Assembly (NCBI GenBank): GCA_964019335.1
Contig: OZ025708.1
Coordinates: forward strand, 1 to 64,000
Reading direction: 5' to 3'
From: Diplonema japonicum
Lineage: Eukaryota > Protista > Euglenozoa: Diplonemea
DNA length: 64,000 nucleotides
Below are positions 20,105 to 29,985 of this stretch, piece by piece. The notes below the pieces were generated by a model, which did not search any database, was not told the DNA's origin, and was given only the letters and a program-made list of their open reading frames with translations. A program made the translations under genes and the position numbers. How positions within the stretch are numbered: position 1 is the first letter of the stretch; the number at the start of each line of letters is the position of its first letter.

Positions 20105-23100
20105 TTAGCGCAGCACGGGGGCCGCGGGACCGGCGTCAAGAGAGACCGGAGGAGGGGGCGGCACGTTTGAAGGTGCAGTGACGTCTGTAGACGCCAGGGA
20201 TGATGGCGAGGTGAACAGTCCGGAGCGTGACCAGGCGAGCAGGCCAGACTCAACAATGAGGTCGTAGATCTGGGTCACGCGTCTCGACAGGGAGAACGCT
20301 AGGGAGGGAGTACCAGCAGGAGTGTCGATCGCCCCCCTCCCGATCACAGGGCACCCACCGACAACATGCTCCCTGGACATCGGTGCTGCGTGGCAGGCTG
20401 GGCACCGGAGCACACCCTTGTGCTTCCTGTTCGGGCCAGCAGTCTGCAGGAAGCCGAAGAAGAGAGCCGAGTGACCAATCCGCAGCCGCGAGATGACCGT
20501 TTCAGCTTGTCTGGGGAAGCCAAGGGGGAAGTGCGCAGACCGAAGCTCGGTCGCCACCGCGTAGTTGTGGGCGAGGGATGTTATGAGCTCCGCGGACCTC
20601 CGCACCACCCACCGTCGCACCAGGGCCCTCACTGATCGGTAGTCAAGGGAGGGCCTGTCCTGCTTCCGCTTCGTTCCCTCCACGGCCAGAGCGTCAGCCT
20701 TCTCGTTCCCGTCCACCCCACAGTGGGAGGGCACAAACTGGAGGACCACCGGTGTCCCCTGCGTGCGCGCCGCGGACACCAGCCGGCTCCACGTCTGGTG
20801 GTCGAGCTTCTCCCTCTGTCGCGTTGGGCCAGCTCGCAGCTGCTCGACGAGGGAGAGGGAGTCGGTGCAGATCGACAGCGGGGACTTCGCCAGCGAAGGG
20901 TGTGTTTTTCGGAGGGTAGCCACCATATCCAGCGCCGTTTTCACAGCCATGCCCTCTGCCCGAAAAGATGAACAGAAGTCGTTGACGCCATGGCACACAG
21001 ACACAGGGGTCAGGGGGGGAGGCAGCTGCAGATAAACCCCAGAGCCACCTTTCGCCTTCTGTCCGACCTGTACAACCGAGCCATCCGTGTAGGCATGGAT
21101 GCCCGGGGGGAGAGCCGCAAGAGCAGCCTCGGCCGCCTTCCGCCTGTCCGCGTCTGGCGACGATCGCGTGACCCCGCCGGGGAGGTCAGTCCTGAAGTCG
21201 ACCATGCCTGTCTGCCACGGGGCCGCCAGGGGCGTAGCCGACAGGTACTCGAAGTGCACCTTTGGTTCCAACCCGCATCGACGCAGTGCTTGGTAGCCAG
21301 AGCGCAGCCACCCACACCCCAGCCTGTTCGCCTGCTTCAGCTTGACCGTCTCCCTGTGAACCGGGGAAGACTGCCAGCAGAAGGCCTTCGCCGTCATCGT
21401 CGCCGCAGCACCCTCCGCCATTCTTTCGAGGGGAAGCAGTCCTGCCTCAGCTAGGAGCTTGTACCCTCCGGAGCCACTCCAGCAGCCCGTGATCAGCACC
21501 GCCGCCTCCTGGTGAAGCCCAGCCAGGTCCTTCCTCCCGACATCATCGAGCCTGCTGTAGTAGACCCCCATGCAGTAGCGCAGCAGCGGGAGGATGTACG
21601 TAACGTAGAGAGACCGCAGAGTGTCCCTCTTGCTGCCCCAGGACGTGCCGGACAAGAGCTTCAGCACCCTCAGCCTTTTGCTGGCCCGCCGTAGGATGTC
21701 CTGTGCGTGTTCACCGAACGTGAGCCCAGAGTCCACCGTAACCCCAAGGTACCTCGCGTGTTCAGATAGAGGCAGGGGACGGGCCGCAACGTAATCCACG
21801 TCGGGCCGTCGCACGGCTGCATGCATGTCCCGCACGCAGCGGATCCGCACACCACCCGCCTCCACAACCTGAAGGCCCGCCAGCTCCTGGTCCCCGGAGA
21901 TCGTGCCATCGGCGTTCACCCCCAGGCCGAAGAGTGGGTTCTGGAAGGCACCTGGCTGAAGGGGGACTCGTGACGAAGTGAAGTAGACCCCGAGACGTTT
22001 CTGGGGGGGGACGCAGACTGCCTGCGTCTTGGACGTGCTCAGCAGCATGTCACGCTCCCTGCACCAGTCCTCAACCGCTTCCACCACCGCCTGCGCCTTC
22101 CGCTCCAGCCCAGCCACGTCCCCTTGTCCAGAGGAGATCACAACCGCCACGTCGTCGGCGTAGAGCACCGAGACGTCCGCCAGTCCCTCCAGTCTCCTGG
22201 CGAGTTCGTCGACGTAGATGGTGTACAGGATGGGACCCAAGACAGAGCCCTGGGGGACACCCCGTCGCACCTTCGTCGTCGACCCCCTCGACCGTCCAAT
22301 CGTGACCGCAGCAGTACGGCCGCATAGAAAGGACCGCGTCCACTCCACGAAGGGTTCGGGGAGACCCTTCCCTCGCATCTTGTCCAGCAGGGCACCATGG
22401 GGCACCAGGTCGAAGGCAGAAGAGAAGTCGAACAGCAGAGCGGCCGAGAGACGTCGATCGTCTTTGTTCCTCGACATGCACTCAGTGAGGGTTGCCACCT
22501 GCTCCTCCGTGGAGCGGCCGCGTCTGAAACCAGCCTGGCTGTCGTGGAGTCCCTCGACTCCCGTCCCGTCCGCGTCAAGAAGAAACGTGAGCCTCTCCTC
22601 GATCATCCTCTCCAGCAGCTTGCAGAGGCAGCTGGTCAGGCAGATCGGCCGGTAGGAAGCCAAGAGAGTCGCATCTTTTCCAGGTTTCGGTACCGGGACG
22701 ATCACTCCCTTCTTCCAGGCACCGGGGACGACACCCATCAGCCAGGAGCGATTGAGGAGTAGAAGGAGGACACCGAGGGAGTCCGAGTTCAGGTGTAGGA
22801 GCATCTCCGAGAAGATTCCGTCTTCCCCGGCCGCGCTGCGCGTCTTCATCCTTCTCAGGCCGCGGGTGAGGTCGTCCACGGTGAACGCTTGACACCCGAG
22901 TCTGCTTGCAGAAGGAGCGGCGTCCTTCGAGTTCCCGTCACCACGCCTGCCGTAGAGCTTAGCGAAGTGCGCCCCCAGCCGGTCGGCCTTCGCCTTGTCC
23001 GACACAAATCTTCCCTCGAGTACAGGAAGGTGTGTCTTTCGGTGCCTGCCGTCCAGCTTCTTCACCGCTCTGAACGCAGCCCCGAGGTCCTTGCTCCGGC

Positions 23101-24253
23101 TGAGGTCGGCCGCCATCCTTCCCCATGCCTCACGCTTCGTCTCGTCAAGGAGTCGGTTGACTTCCTTCACCTTCGCCCTGTACTCCTCCACCACGTCCGC
23201 CTCTTGAAGCAGGAGTTCGCGCAGGGTGTTCCGCTCTTCGAAGGCGTCCTCGAGCTCAGCAGTCCACCAGGGGGTCGGGCCACGTCGCATCCCACAGAGG
23301 GGAATGTGGTCGTTCGCCGCAGTCAAAAGGGCTTGTGTAAACCCCTTCGTGACAGAGTCAATCGGAGCCGCCGTGTCAACACCAGCAAGCAGGCGGGCAA
23401 CAGCAGCAGTGTAGTCATCCCATCTGGCTTTTTTGAAATTCCAGGTGGGGAAGGGGCGCTCCGAACGGTAGACGTCCTCAAGAGGCAGGTGAAAGGATAC
23501 GGGACTATGATCGGAGCCCCACGTGCCCAGCGTCTTCGGCTCAAGCTTCGCGCAGCGCCCCACAACCAGGTCCAGAACGTGTCGTGACGAGTCCCTCGTC
23601 GGTTCGTTGCGGTCGTTGTAGACGGAGTACCCGTGGGTGTCCAGCCAGTCCCTGACCACGTTCCCCCTCTCGTTCGGCGTCGTCACCGTGGCGTCCCAGG
23701 AGCTGTGGTGAGCATTGAAGTCACCCGCTATGACTGTGTTCTTCCCCATGGGAAGGCTGCCAGGCCGCAGGTACTCAGGGTCCCTCGTGCCTCTGCTCGC
23801 GCTTACCGGTGTAAGGTAAACGTTGGAGAGAGTGATCGGCTCACGCTTCTCGCAGGAGATCCTCACATCCAGTCTCTCAGTGACACAGTCCCCAGCCGGG
23901 AGTACGTGCGGAACCTCCTCCGAGGCAAGATCGTCGCGGACATACGTGACAATACCACCACCCCTCGTCGCAGTGCCGTCAGTCACCGGTGTCAACCGAT
24001 CCCTCCTGTATGACCTGTACCCAGGCAGGTGTGGCGTGTCGTGCCCTTCCCTCAGGTGCGTCTCCTGTATCATGATGATGTCCAGCGACAAGAAGTCAGC
24101 ATGGCGAGATACGACGGTCCATTTCGCAACGAGGCCGTTGCAGTTCCACGAGACAACCTTGAGACCCTTAGGCGACGGGGGCGGCAGCTTCTTGGGTGGG
24201 CCAGGGTTTGTTTCGACCAGCCCAAGCAGCCCCAGCAGGTCCCTGACGGACAT
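20105..24253 (-). CDS. Family B ORF2: 2A-like peptide, APE, RT, RNase H, Cys/His motif
   Basis: Motifs LVETNPGP, WNCNG, GDFNAH, GSDH, FDFSSAFD, GVPQG, YADD, YTDGS, GNEKAD, CPAC..H...C. Confidence 0.94.
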   Translation of the reverse strand: MSVRDLLGLLGLVETNPGPPKKLPPPSPKGLKVVSWNCNGLVAKWTVVSRHADFLSLDIIMIQETHLREGHDTPHLPGYRSYRRDRLTPVTDGTATRGGGIVTYVRDDLASEEVPHVLPAGDCVTERLDVRISCEKREPITLSNVYLTPVSASRGTRDPEYLRPGSLPMGKNTVIAGDFNAHHSSWDATVTTPNERGNVVRDWLDTHGYSVYNDRNEPTRDSSRHVLDLVVGRCAKLEPKTLGTWGSDHSPVSFHLPLEDVYRSERPFPTWNFKKARWDDYTAAVARLLAGVDTAAPIDSVTKGFTQALLTAANDHIPLCGMRRGPTPWWTAELEDAFEERNTLRELLLQEADVVEEYRAKVKEVNRLLDETKREAWGRMAADLSRSKDLGAAFRAVKKLDGRHRKTHLPVLEGRFVSDKAKADRLGAHFAKLYGRRGDGNSKDAAPSASRLGCQAFTVDDLTRGLRRMKTRSAAGEDGIFSEMLLHLNSDSLGVLLLLLNRSWLMGVVPGAWKKGVIVPVPKPGKDATLLASYRPICLTSCLCKLLERMIEERLTFLLDADGTGVEGLHDSQAGFRRGRSTEEQVATLTECMSRNKDDRRLSAALLFDFSSAFDLVPHGALLDKMRGKGLPEPFVEWTRSFLCGRTAAVTIGRSRGSTTKVRRGVPQGSVLGPILYTIYVDELARRLEGLADVSVLYADDVAVVISSGQGDVAGLERKAQAVVEAVEDWCRERDMLLSTSKTQAVCVPPQKRLGVYFTSSRVPLQPGAFQNPLFGLGVNADGTISGDQELAGLQVVEAGGVRIRCVRDMHAAVRRPDVDYVAARPLPLSEHARYLGVTVDSGLTFGEHAQDILRRASKRLRVLKLLSGTSWGSKRDTLRSLYVTYILPLLRYCMGVYYSRLDDVGRKDLAGLHQEAAVLITGCWSGSGGYKLLAEAGLLPLERMAEGAAATMTAKAFCWQSSPVHRETVKLKQANRLGCGWLRSGYQALRRCGLEPKVHFEYLSATPLAAPWQTGMVDFRTDLPGGVTRSSPDADRRKAAEAALAALPPGIHAYTDGSVVQVGQKAKGGSGVYLQLPPPLTPVSVCHGVNDFCSSFRAEGMAVKTALDMVATLRKTHPSLAKSPLSICTDSLSLVEQLRAGPTRQREKLDHQTWSRLVSAARTQGTPVVLQFVPSHCGVDGNEKADALAVEGTKRKQDRPSLDYRSVRALVRRWVVRRSAELITSLAHNYAVATELRSAHFPLGFPRQAETVISRLRIGHSALFFGFLQTAGPNRKHKGVLRCPACHAAPMSREHVVGGCPVIGRGAIDTPAGTPSLAFSLSRRVTQIYDLIVESGLLAWSRSGLFTSPSSLASTDVTAPSNVPPPPPVSLDAGPAAPVLR

Positions 24254-24394
24254 CCTCCCGAGTAGGGTGGGGATCAGTGCAGAAAAGTCGGTGAAGAAAC
24301 AGAGAGGTAGGAGTCTCCTGGGGAGGATGCGAGGGAGACTAGGAGAGGGAGCATGGTCGTAGATCTGCTGCTCCCCCTGTTCTGCGGGGCCCCT

Positions 24395-27235
24395 TCAATT
24401 GGATGGACCCATGGAGGCAGAGCGCCCCTTGACCCCATTGGTGAAGAGATCTTTGGTCTCCGCGAACGACCTGGCCCGCCCCCTCGTACCCAGGTTCGTC
24501 ACCGCAGCCTCAGAGGTCGTAGCGAGAGGAGGAGCCCCCTTCTTCCCCTTCCCCTTCCCTTTCCAGACACTGTCGTGTGTCGTCGTCGCCCCCGGTGTAG
24601 GGTCCCGCGGCACTGCCGTTCCCGTCGTCAGCGTGGCCGCCTGCGGCAGGAGGAGGCGGAGCGTCGTCCGCAGATCGGAGATCATCTCCTGCTGAGAGTC
24701 GATCGTCCTCTGCAGCCCGACGATCGACTCCTTCAGCGTGGCGACGAGCTCAGTGAGAGCGGCGACCTCAGGCGACCCGGAAGGGACTCCCTCCTTGTTT
24801 CCCGCAGACACGTTGCGGGGCGGTGTAGGGGACGTCACAGTGTCGAGCTGGGGGGGAGCCACCGAGCTCGGTATGGACGCCCACGGGCTGGTGGGAGGAA
24901 GCCCAGTTGCTTTCACCGCAGGGCCAGTCTCCGAGGGTGTCGACGCCGATACAGGTGCCGGGTCAGGTACAGGTGTAGTAGGCGCAGGTGCAGGTACATG
25001 AGAAGATGTGGGTGCCGGGGTCGAGGACGTTGCAAGCGCAGGTGCAGATGCAGGTGTCGTCCTGTTGATGAGAGGGGGCGGCTTGACGGTCGGGTGGTCG
25101 TCCGCATCACGGAGACAGACAAGGCGCCCCCCAAGGAGCCACGTCCTGGACTTCGGGGGCGGGCTGTCGACGACGATGAAGAACACGAGTTGCCTCGTGC
25201 CCTGGAACATCGTCTGCGTGCGTCGCAGGACGGAGGATGGTTTCCAACCGATGTGGTCCATCACTTCGTCGAAGGCCGCCCTGGTGATGGACGGCGGGGC
25301 CCCGGTGAGCAAAAACTTGCGCTTCGTACGCAGTTTTGCGAGGGTTTCCCGGAGCCGCTGTTCCGTCTCCGGTAGGCACCGCACAGTCCATCCCTTACGG
25401 TGCGCCACCCCGAGAGACAACCCACCCAGCGTCCCCGCAATCCGAAAGGCATCCGCCCTCCCTTCCGCCACGATGGGTACATAAGCGTACCCCCCGCGTC
25501 TCTCCGTCGTCCGCATTAAGCACCCGTCCCCGGACCGGCGCAGGACGGCGTGGACGTGTGCTGCTTGCAGGCGCAGTCCCACCTCGTGGGTCCAGTGCCT
25601 CGCCCGCGGTTCCTCCTCACCGAACTTCCTTGGGCGGAAGACCGCACGATCCTCCATCACCGCGCCCTGAGCCTTGGCGAGCTCCAGGACCCTGGCCTTC
25701 GCCTCCTTCAGGCTGTCTGCACTGACACAGACGTAGACGACCTCCGATCCGCTGTTGAAGGTGGAAGGCGGGGTGTAGGTGGGGGGGTCCAGCCCGAACG
25801 TGGAGACGTGGACCCTCCTGTTCACTGCGCGCGACCCAGAGACCATGACAATCTCGCTGGGGGTGGTGACACCGGGGACCTCTGTCATAAGGACAAAGGT
25901 GATGGATGCCGTAGGTAACGCGGAGCACACGACCCCCATTCCGGAGGGATCGTCGAGCGCAATGACAGCGCGGGATGTTTCCGTCGGGGGGGACACGTTG
26001 GTGTAGATCGGGGCGTCCCATGTGTCTGGCACCAGGTCCCATCGCGGGGTTGTGGAAGGGGCAGGGGCAGGGTCGTCCTCCATCTCCTCAGGGCCAGAGC
26101 TGGTGTCAGAGTCTGAGCTGAGGAGGAGCGTGCCTTGGTCTGTTGACGCGTTGGCGGAAGCGTTCGCGACTGCTTCGTCCTCGACCTTCTGGGCATCTGC
26201 CTTCTTGGCGGCCGCCAACCTCAAAGCTTCCTCCTTTTTGGCAGCGGCTGCGGCGGCTTCCTTTTCGGCGGCGGCGGTGGCTGCGACCTTCTTCTTCTCC
26301 TCGGCGGCGGCGGCTGCGGCTGCGGTCTCCTTCTCGGCGGCGGCGGCTGCAGCTTGCTTCCTGGCGGCGTCGGCTGCGGCCTTCCTCTCGGCGGCGGCGG
26401 CGGCAGCGGCTTTCTTCTCGGCGGCGGCGGCGGCGGCTGCTGCTTTCTTCTCGGCGGCGGCGGCGGCTGCGGCTTTCTTCTTCTCGGCTGCAGCGGCTGC
26501 GGCTGTAGCCTTCTTCTCCTCGGCTGCTTTCATCTCGGCCGCAGCACGCGCAGCCTCCTTCTCCTCTGCCGCAAGTCGTGCAGTAGACCGCTCGCGCAGA
26601 GCCTTCTCCTCAGCCTCGACTGCTCTGCGAGCAGCCTCCACACCAGCCACGCGTGCAGCTTCCGTCTCGGCTGCCATTTTGACAACAGCAGCATCAGCCA
26701 CCTCCTGCGCAGCCTTCATCTTAGCAGCTATTTCTGCAGCTACCACGTCGGCCGACTCGCGTGCAGCTTCCAAATCAGCAGCGATTCCCGCGAGTTCGAC
26801 GTCGGCCGCAGTGCGTGCGGCTTCGAGGGGGTGTGTGGCGTCAGCTATGTGTGCGGCTTCGGCGGCAGCGTCAGCGCGCGCGGCTCTGGCGGCCTTCCTC
26901 CTAGCTTTTTTGCTGGAGGTCGGGGTGGCGACGCTGGCGTCAGGCGAAACCGGCCTTTTGACGGAGCCGGTCGGGGTGGAGGCGACAGGTGTCGCTGGGC
27001 CGGCTGTAGCGGCGGCGGCGTCGGGCGTGAGGAGGTCAATTACGGTGACCACCCCCGTCATCTTCTCCCGGTGCTCCGGCGTCAGGAGCTGCCCCAGCTC
27101 CCCGGCTGCTCCAGCGCTGCGGAGCATCCTCTCCACCCGCCGCTCCTCCCTGGCCTTGGACTGGGCCAGCTGCGTGCTGGCCCCGTTCCCTTCCGGCTTT
27201 GCCTTCTCCTTGTGCTTGTCTTTCTTCTTGCCCAT
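24395..27235 (-). CDS. Family B ORF1 (946 aa; Ala/Lys/Glu repeat plus core shared with family C)
   Basis: Real start MGKKKDKHKEK at 27235, confirmed by the plus-strand copy starting at 62101. Core WDLVPDTWDAPIYTN..RARHWxHEVGLRL is shared with family C ORF1. Confidence 0.87.
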   Translation of the reverse strand: MGKKKDKHKEKAKPEGNGASTQLAQSKAREERRVERMLRSAGAAGELGQLLTPEHREKMTGVVTVIDLLTPDAAAATAGPATPVASTPTGSVKRPVSPDASVATPTSSKKARRKAARAARADAAAEAAHIADATHPLEAARTAADVELAGIAADLEAARESADVVAAEIAAKMKAAQEVADAAVVKMAAETEAARVAGVEAARRAVEAEEKALRERSTARLAAEEKEAARAAAEMKAAEEKKATAAAAAAEKKKAAAAAAAEKKAAAAAAAAEKKAAAAAAAERKAAADAARKQAAAAAAEKETAAAAAAAEEKKKVAATAAAEKEAAAAAAKKEEALRLAAAKKADAQKVEDEAVANASANASTDQGTLLLSSDSDTSSGPEEMEDDPAPAPSTTPRWDLVPDTWDAPIYTNVSPPTETSRAVIALDDPSGMGVVCSALPTASITFVLMTEVPGVTTPSEIVMVSGSRAVNRRVHVSTFGLDPPTYTPPSTFNSGSEVVYVCVSADSLKEAKARVLELAKAQGAVMEDRAVFRPRKFGEEEPRARHWTHEVGLRLQAAHVHAVLRRSGDGCLMRTTERRGGYAYVPIVAEGRADAFRIAGTLGGLSLGVAHRKGWTVRCLPETEQRLRETLAKLRTKRKFLLTGAPPSITRAAFDEVMDHIGWKPSSVLRRTQTMFQGTRQLVFFIVVDSPPPKSRTWLLGGRLVCLRDADDHPTVKPPPLINRTTPASAPALATSSTPAPTSSHVPAPAPTTPVPDPAPVSASTPSETGPAVKATGLPPTSPWASIPSSVAPPQLDTVTSPTPPRNVSAGNKEGVPSGSPEVAALTELVATLKESIVGLQRTIDSQQEMISDLRTTLRLLLPQAATLTTGTAVPRDPTPGATTTHDSVWKGKGKGKKGAPPLATTSEAAVTNLGTRGRARSFAETKDLFTNGVKGRSASMGPSN
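26200..26600 (-). repeat. Coding low-complexity repeat (AAAAAEKK)n
   Basis: GCC/GAG/AAG tandem units whose number differs from the copy at 62780-63140. Confidence 0.8.
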
Positions 27236-27293
27236 TTTTCTTTTCTTTTCTTTTCTTTTCTTTTCTTTCCTTCCCTTCCTTTCCTTTCCGATA

Positions 27294-27736
27294 TTTTTTT
27301 TTTTAATAATAATAATAAATATTCCACTACCAGGCGGGAGGATCGAAGGGGAGTAGAGAAAACCATTCAAGGGAAAGGGAAAGGGACATCACTTCAAACC
27401 AAGAGAGGTGTTTGAAAGTGATTCGTGAAAAGCAGTCTCTGTTACTGAGCCATTGGTCGAGGGGTCCTGGTCCGCTGCTCCCTGTAGTAAATTACTTGGA
27501 CCCCCTCACCACGCTCTTTTCATAATAAAATAAAACCGATCCCACCCACCAGGCAGCACCTGGGTCTCGAGGCATTAGCCGCCTCTAGTAACAAGAGACG
27601 ACCTCCCAGATTTTAAGAACTTTGGAGGAGTTTCAATTGTGAAAAATTAACCAGCTGACTGTGAAACTCCACCGTCTGCTGGACTTGTTGGGCTTTCGGG
27701 AGCCAATAAATTCAATTCAATTAAGTTTCGTTCTTC

Positions 27737-27767
<31 letters not shown>

Positions 27768-29260
27768 CTCAAAATAAAGGAATTCAAATCAAGCTCGATT
27801 GTGTACACCGAAGCTTGAATCATCTGTCCTTCTTTTTTTTCTTTTTTTTTTTTTCTTTTTTCTTTCTATATGAAAGGTGAGTGAAAAATTTGAATAACAC
27901 TGGGGGCGGGGGACAGGGGCCTGGTAATGGAAAATAAGGGAAGACACTGGGGAGGGAGGTGAAAAGAAAGGATAGGAGTGAAGCCAGAGTCGAGAGATTG
28001 AGTTAGAAACAATTGCTGTCTGAAGTCGTTTAACAACTTCAGACCTCAATGTTTGGAGAGTATAACATATTATAATTTATAAGTTTTTTCACAATGTTCC
28101 CTGCCGCTCCAAGAGCTGGGCGGTCTTACAGGCGTCGGTGGACAGGAGGACTTTGAGGGAAGGAAGGGAGCTACCGAAGATCTGACTCCTTTGGTCGATC
28201 CTCTTTCCGTCTTGGCATTCCCGTAGGAGGTGGCTTAGAGTCTGGGGTTGCGAACATAGATGGCACGGGACCTCCTCGACTGGGGGTATGAGTAGGTATC
28301 CGCAAGTGAGTGGGCTCTTCCCCACCCTCAGCCTCATGATCGCCACTTCTTTCTTTCTGTCCAGCTCCTCGAACTTCTCGTAACTTCCGGCAAACTGCTC
28401 CCTGTACGTCTTTGTGACGCCAGTATCCTTCCATAGGCGGAGGTGGCTTCTGATGACATGCTTCCTCACCAGAGTTTTAACCACCTCAATGTCTGTCTCA
28501 CGGGTGTGGGCCAGTCTTTCGCTCGCCTCTTTTGCCTTCTGGTCCGCCTTCTCGTTCCACTTGTACCCGCAGTGACTCGGGACGTATTGAACGATTAGCT
28601 TGTGGCCTCTGCCTGTCAAGCTCGCGACCTCCTGCCAGAGTTCGAAGTCATCTTTGGAGGCTGCCGACATGTGTCCCTGGCACATCTTCCGTATCACCGA
28701 CTGCGAATCTGTGCATATCAGAACCATCCCTTGGCTTGCAAGCTTCCTCTCTGAGAGTCTTGTCGCCAGTCGGATCCCTAGCCTCAGGGCCCTGAGTTCG
28801 CATTTGTAGGATGTCGAATACAGTCCACCGCTGATCCCGTAGGCAGCATCGGACCCGTTGTGCAGCAGGATGGCGGCCGAGCCTCCGTTTTTCCCATCCT
28901 TTACGGACCCGTCTGTGAACACCATGCAGAATGCCCGGCCGTGTTTCTCGCATAACCTGTTCAGGGTGTTCGTTGTTGCCTCTTTCCTGACCTCTTTTGG
29001 GTCCGTCCTTTTCACCTGCGTGTCTAGGAAGGGGGAGAGCACGAGTTGCCCCTCGAATCTTTGCCAGGGTGCAACCGCGAGTCTCCTCATGAAGACGGCG
29101 CCCGAGTGAGGTGTGCCCGTCCTCTCTGGGAGTTTGTAGGCTTTCGATGCCTCTCTCTGTTTGTCAGACCAAGTCCTCCTTGGTAGGAGCTTCTCGTACC
29201 TGGTCAGATCCTCCAGAGGCTGAGTCGCCTGGTATGCGGCGGTGTCCACTTTTCTCATCA
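27294..29260 (-). mobile_element. 5'-truncated family E LINE (RNase H part 28089-29260)
   Basis: (TTA)n-poly(A) tail and UTR. Coding part matches 45421-46592. Confidence 0.9.
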
Positions 29261-29985
29261 TTTTTTTTTTTTTCAAAATACCAATAGGTGCCACCATGGG
29301 GGAGCAACACCTGGGAAGGGGAAAGGTGAAGGGAAGCATGGAAATATTACAGGGAGGGCGAAGACCAGTTCTTCTGCAATCAGATGGAGCTGTGGACTCC
29401 GCCAACCCGTGCACCTGTTTGGAACAGCCGAAGAGGGCTGAATTACTTTAATTCCAAGCCGCGTAGACCTACGTGACTCGGACGGGGACCTTGACCCCAG
29501 TTCGTCGTTTTTCTCAACTGGGACCTCTGGTGACCGGAACTGGCCCCGGTCGCCCCCTCGAGAGGGATTTGCTCCATTGAGCGAAACATGAAAGGGTGAG
29601 AGTAAAATCTCTCAAAATCAAAAGGGGAAGCGAGTGTGCGTGTGCGCATGGGGATGATAGGGGAAGCATTTGCTCTCCCCGCTGCACTCCGGCTGGCGGG
29701 GGGAGGGGATGGCCGTACCACACTCGTTCGTGCGAAGATGAGAGGACTCATCTGGGCAACTTCAGAGTAGGCCGGGCCATCCGTTTTTGACTACAATGTC
29801 AGGGCACACGATAACAAGAGGATGTTAATTTTAAAAATTTAAAAGTTTAAAAGGGGACGGGCATACTGGTAAGAGAAAGGCCAGACGCCGGATGATGATA
29901 AAGAAAAGGATGAGAGGGAGTGGAAGAGAGGGGAAGGGAACGTAAGCACTAAAAGAATTGAAATGTTGATCTCACCCTACTCACT

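Larger units (their letters stand above)
19664..27293 (-). mobile_element. Full-length Ingi/I-like LINE, family B
   Basis: Open ORF1 and ORF2, 3' UTR and poly(A). Confidence 0.93.

Noticed and set aside
24395-24397. UGA reassigned genome-wide or read as selenocysteine
   Set aside because: TGA ends other ORFs normally (29986, 54799, 59897), and I could not identify a SECIS in the B or C UTR by eye.
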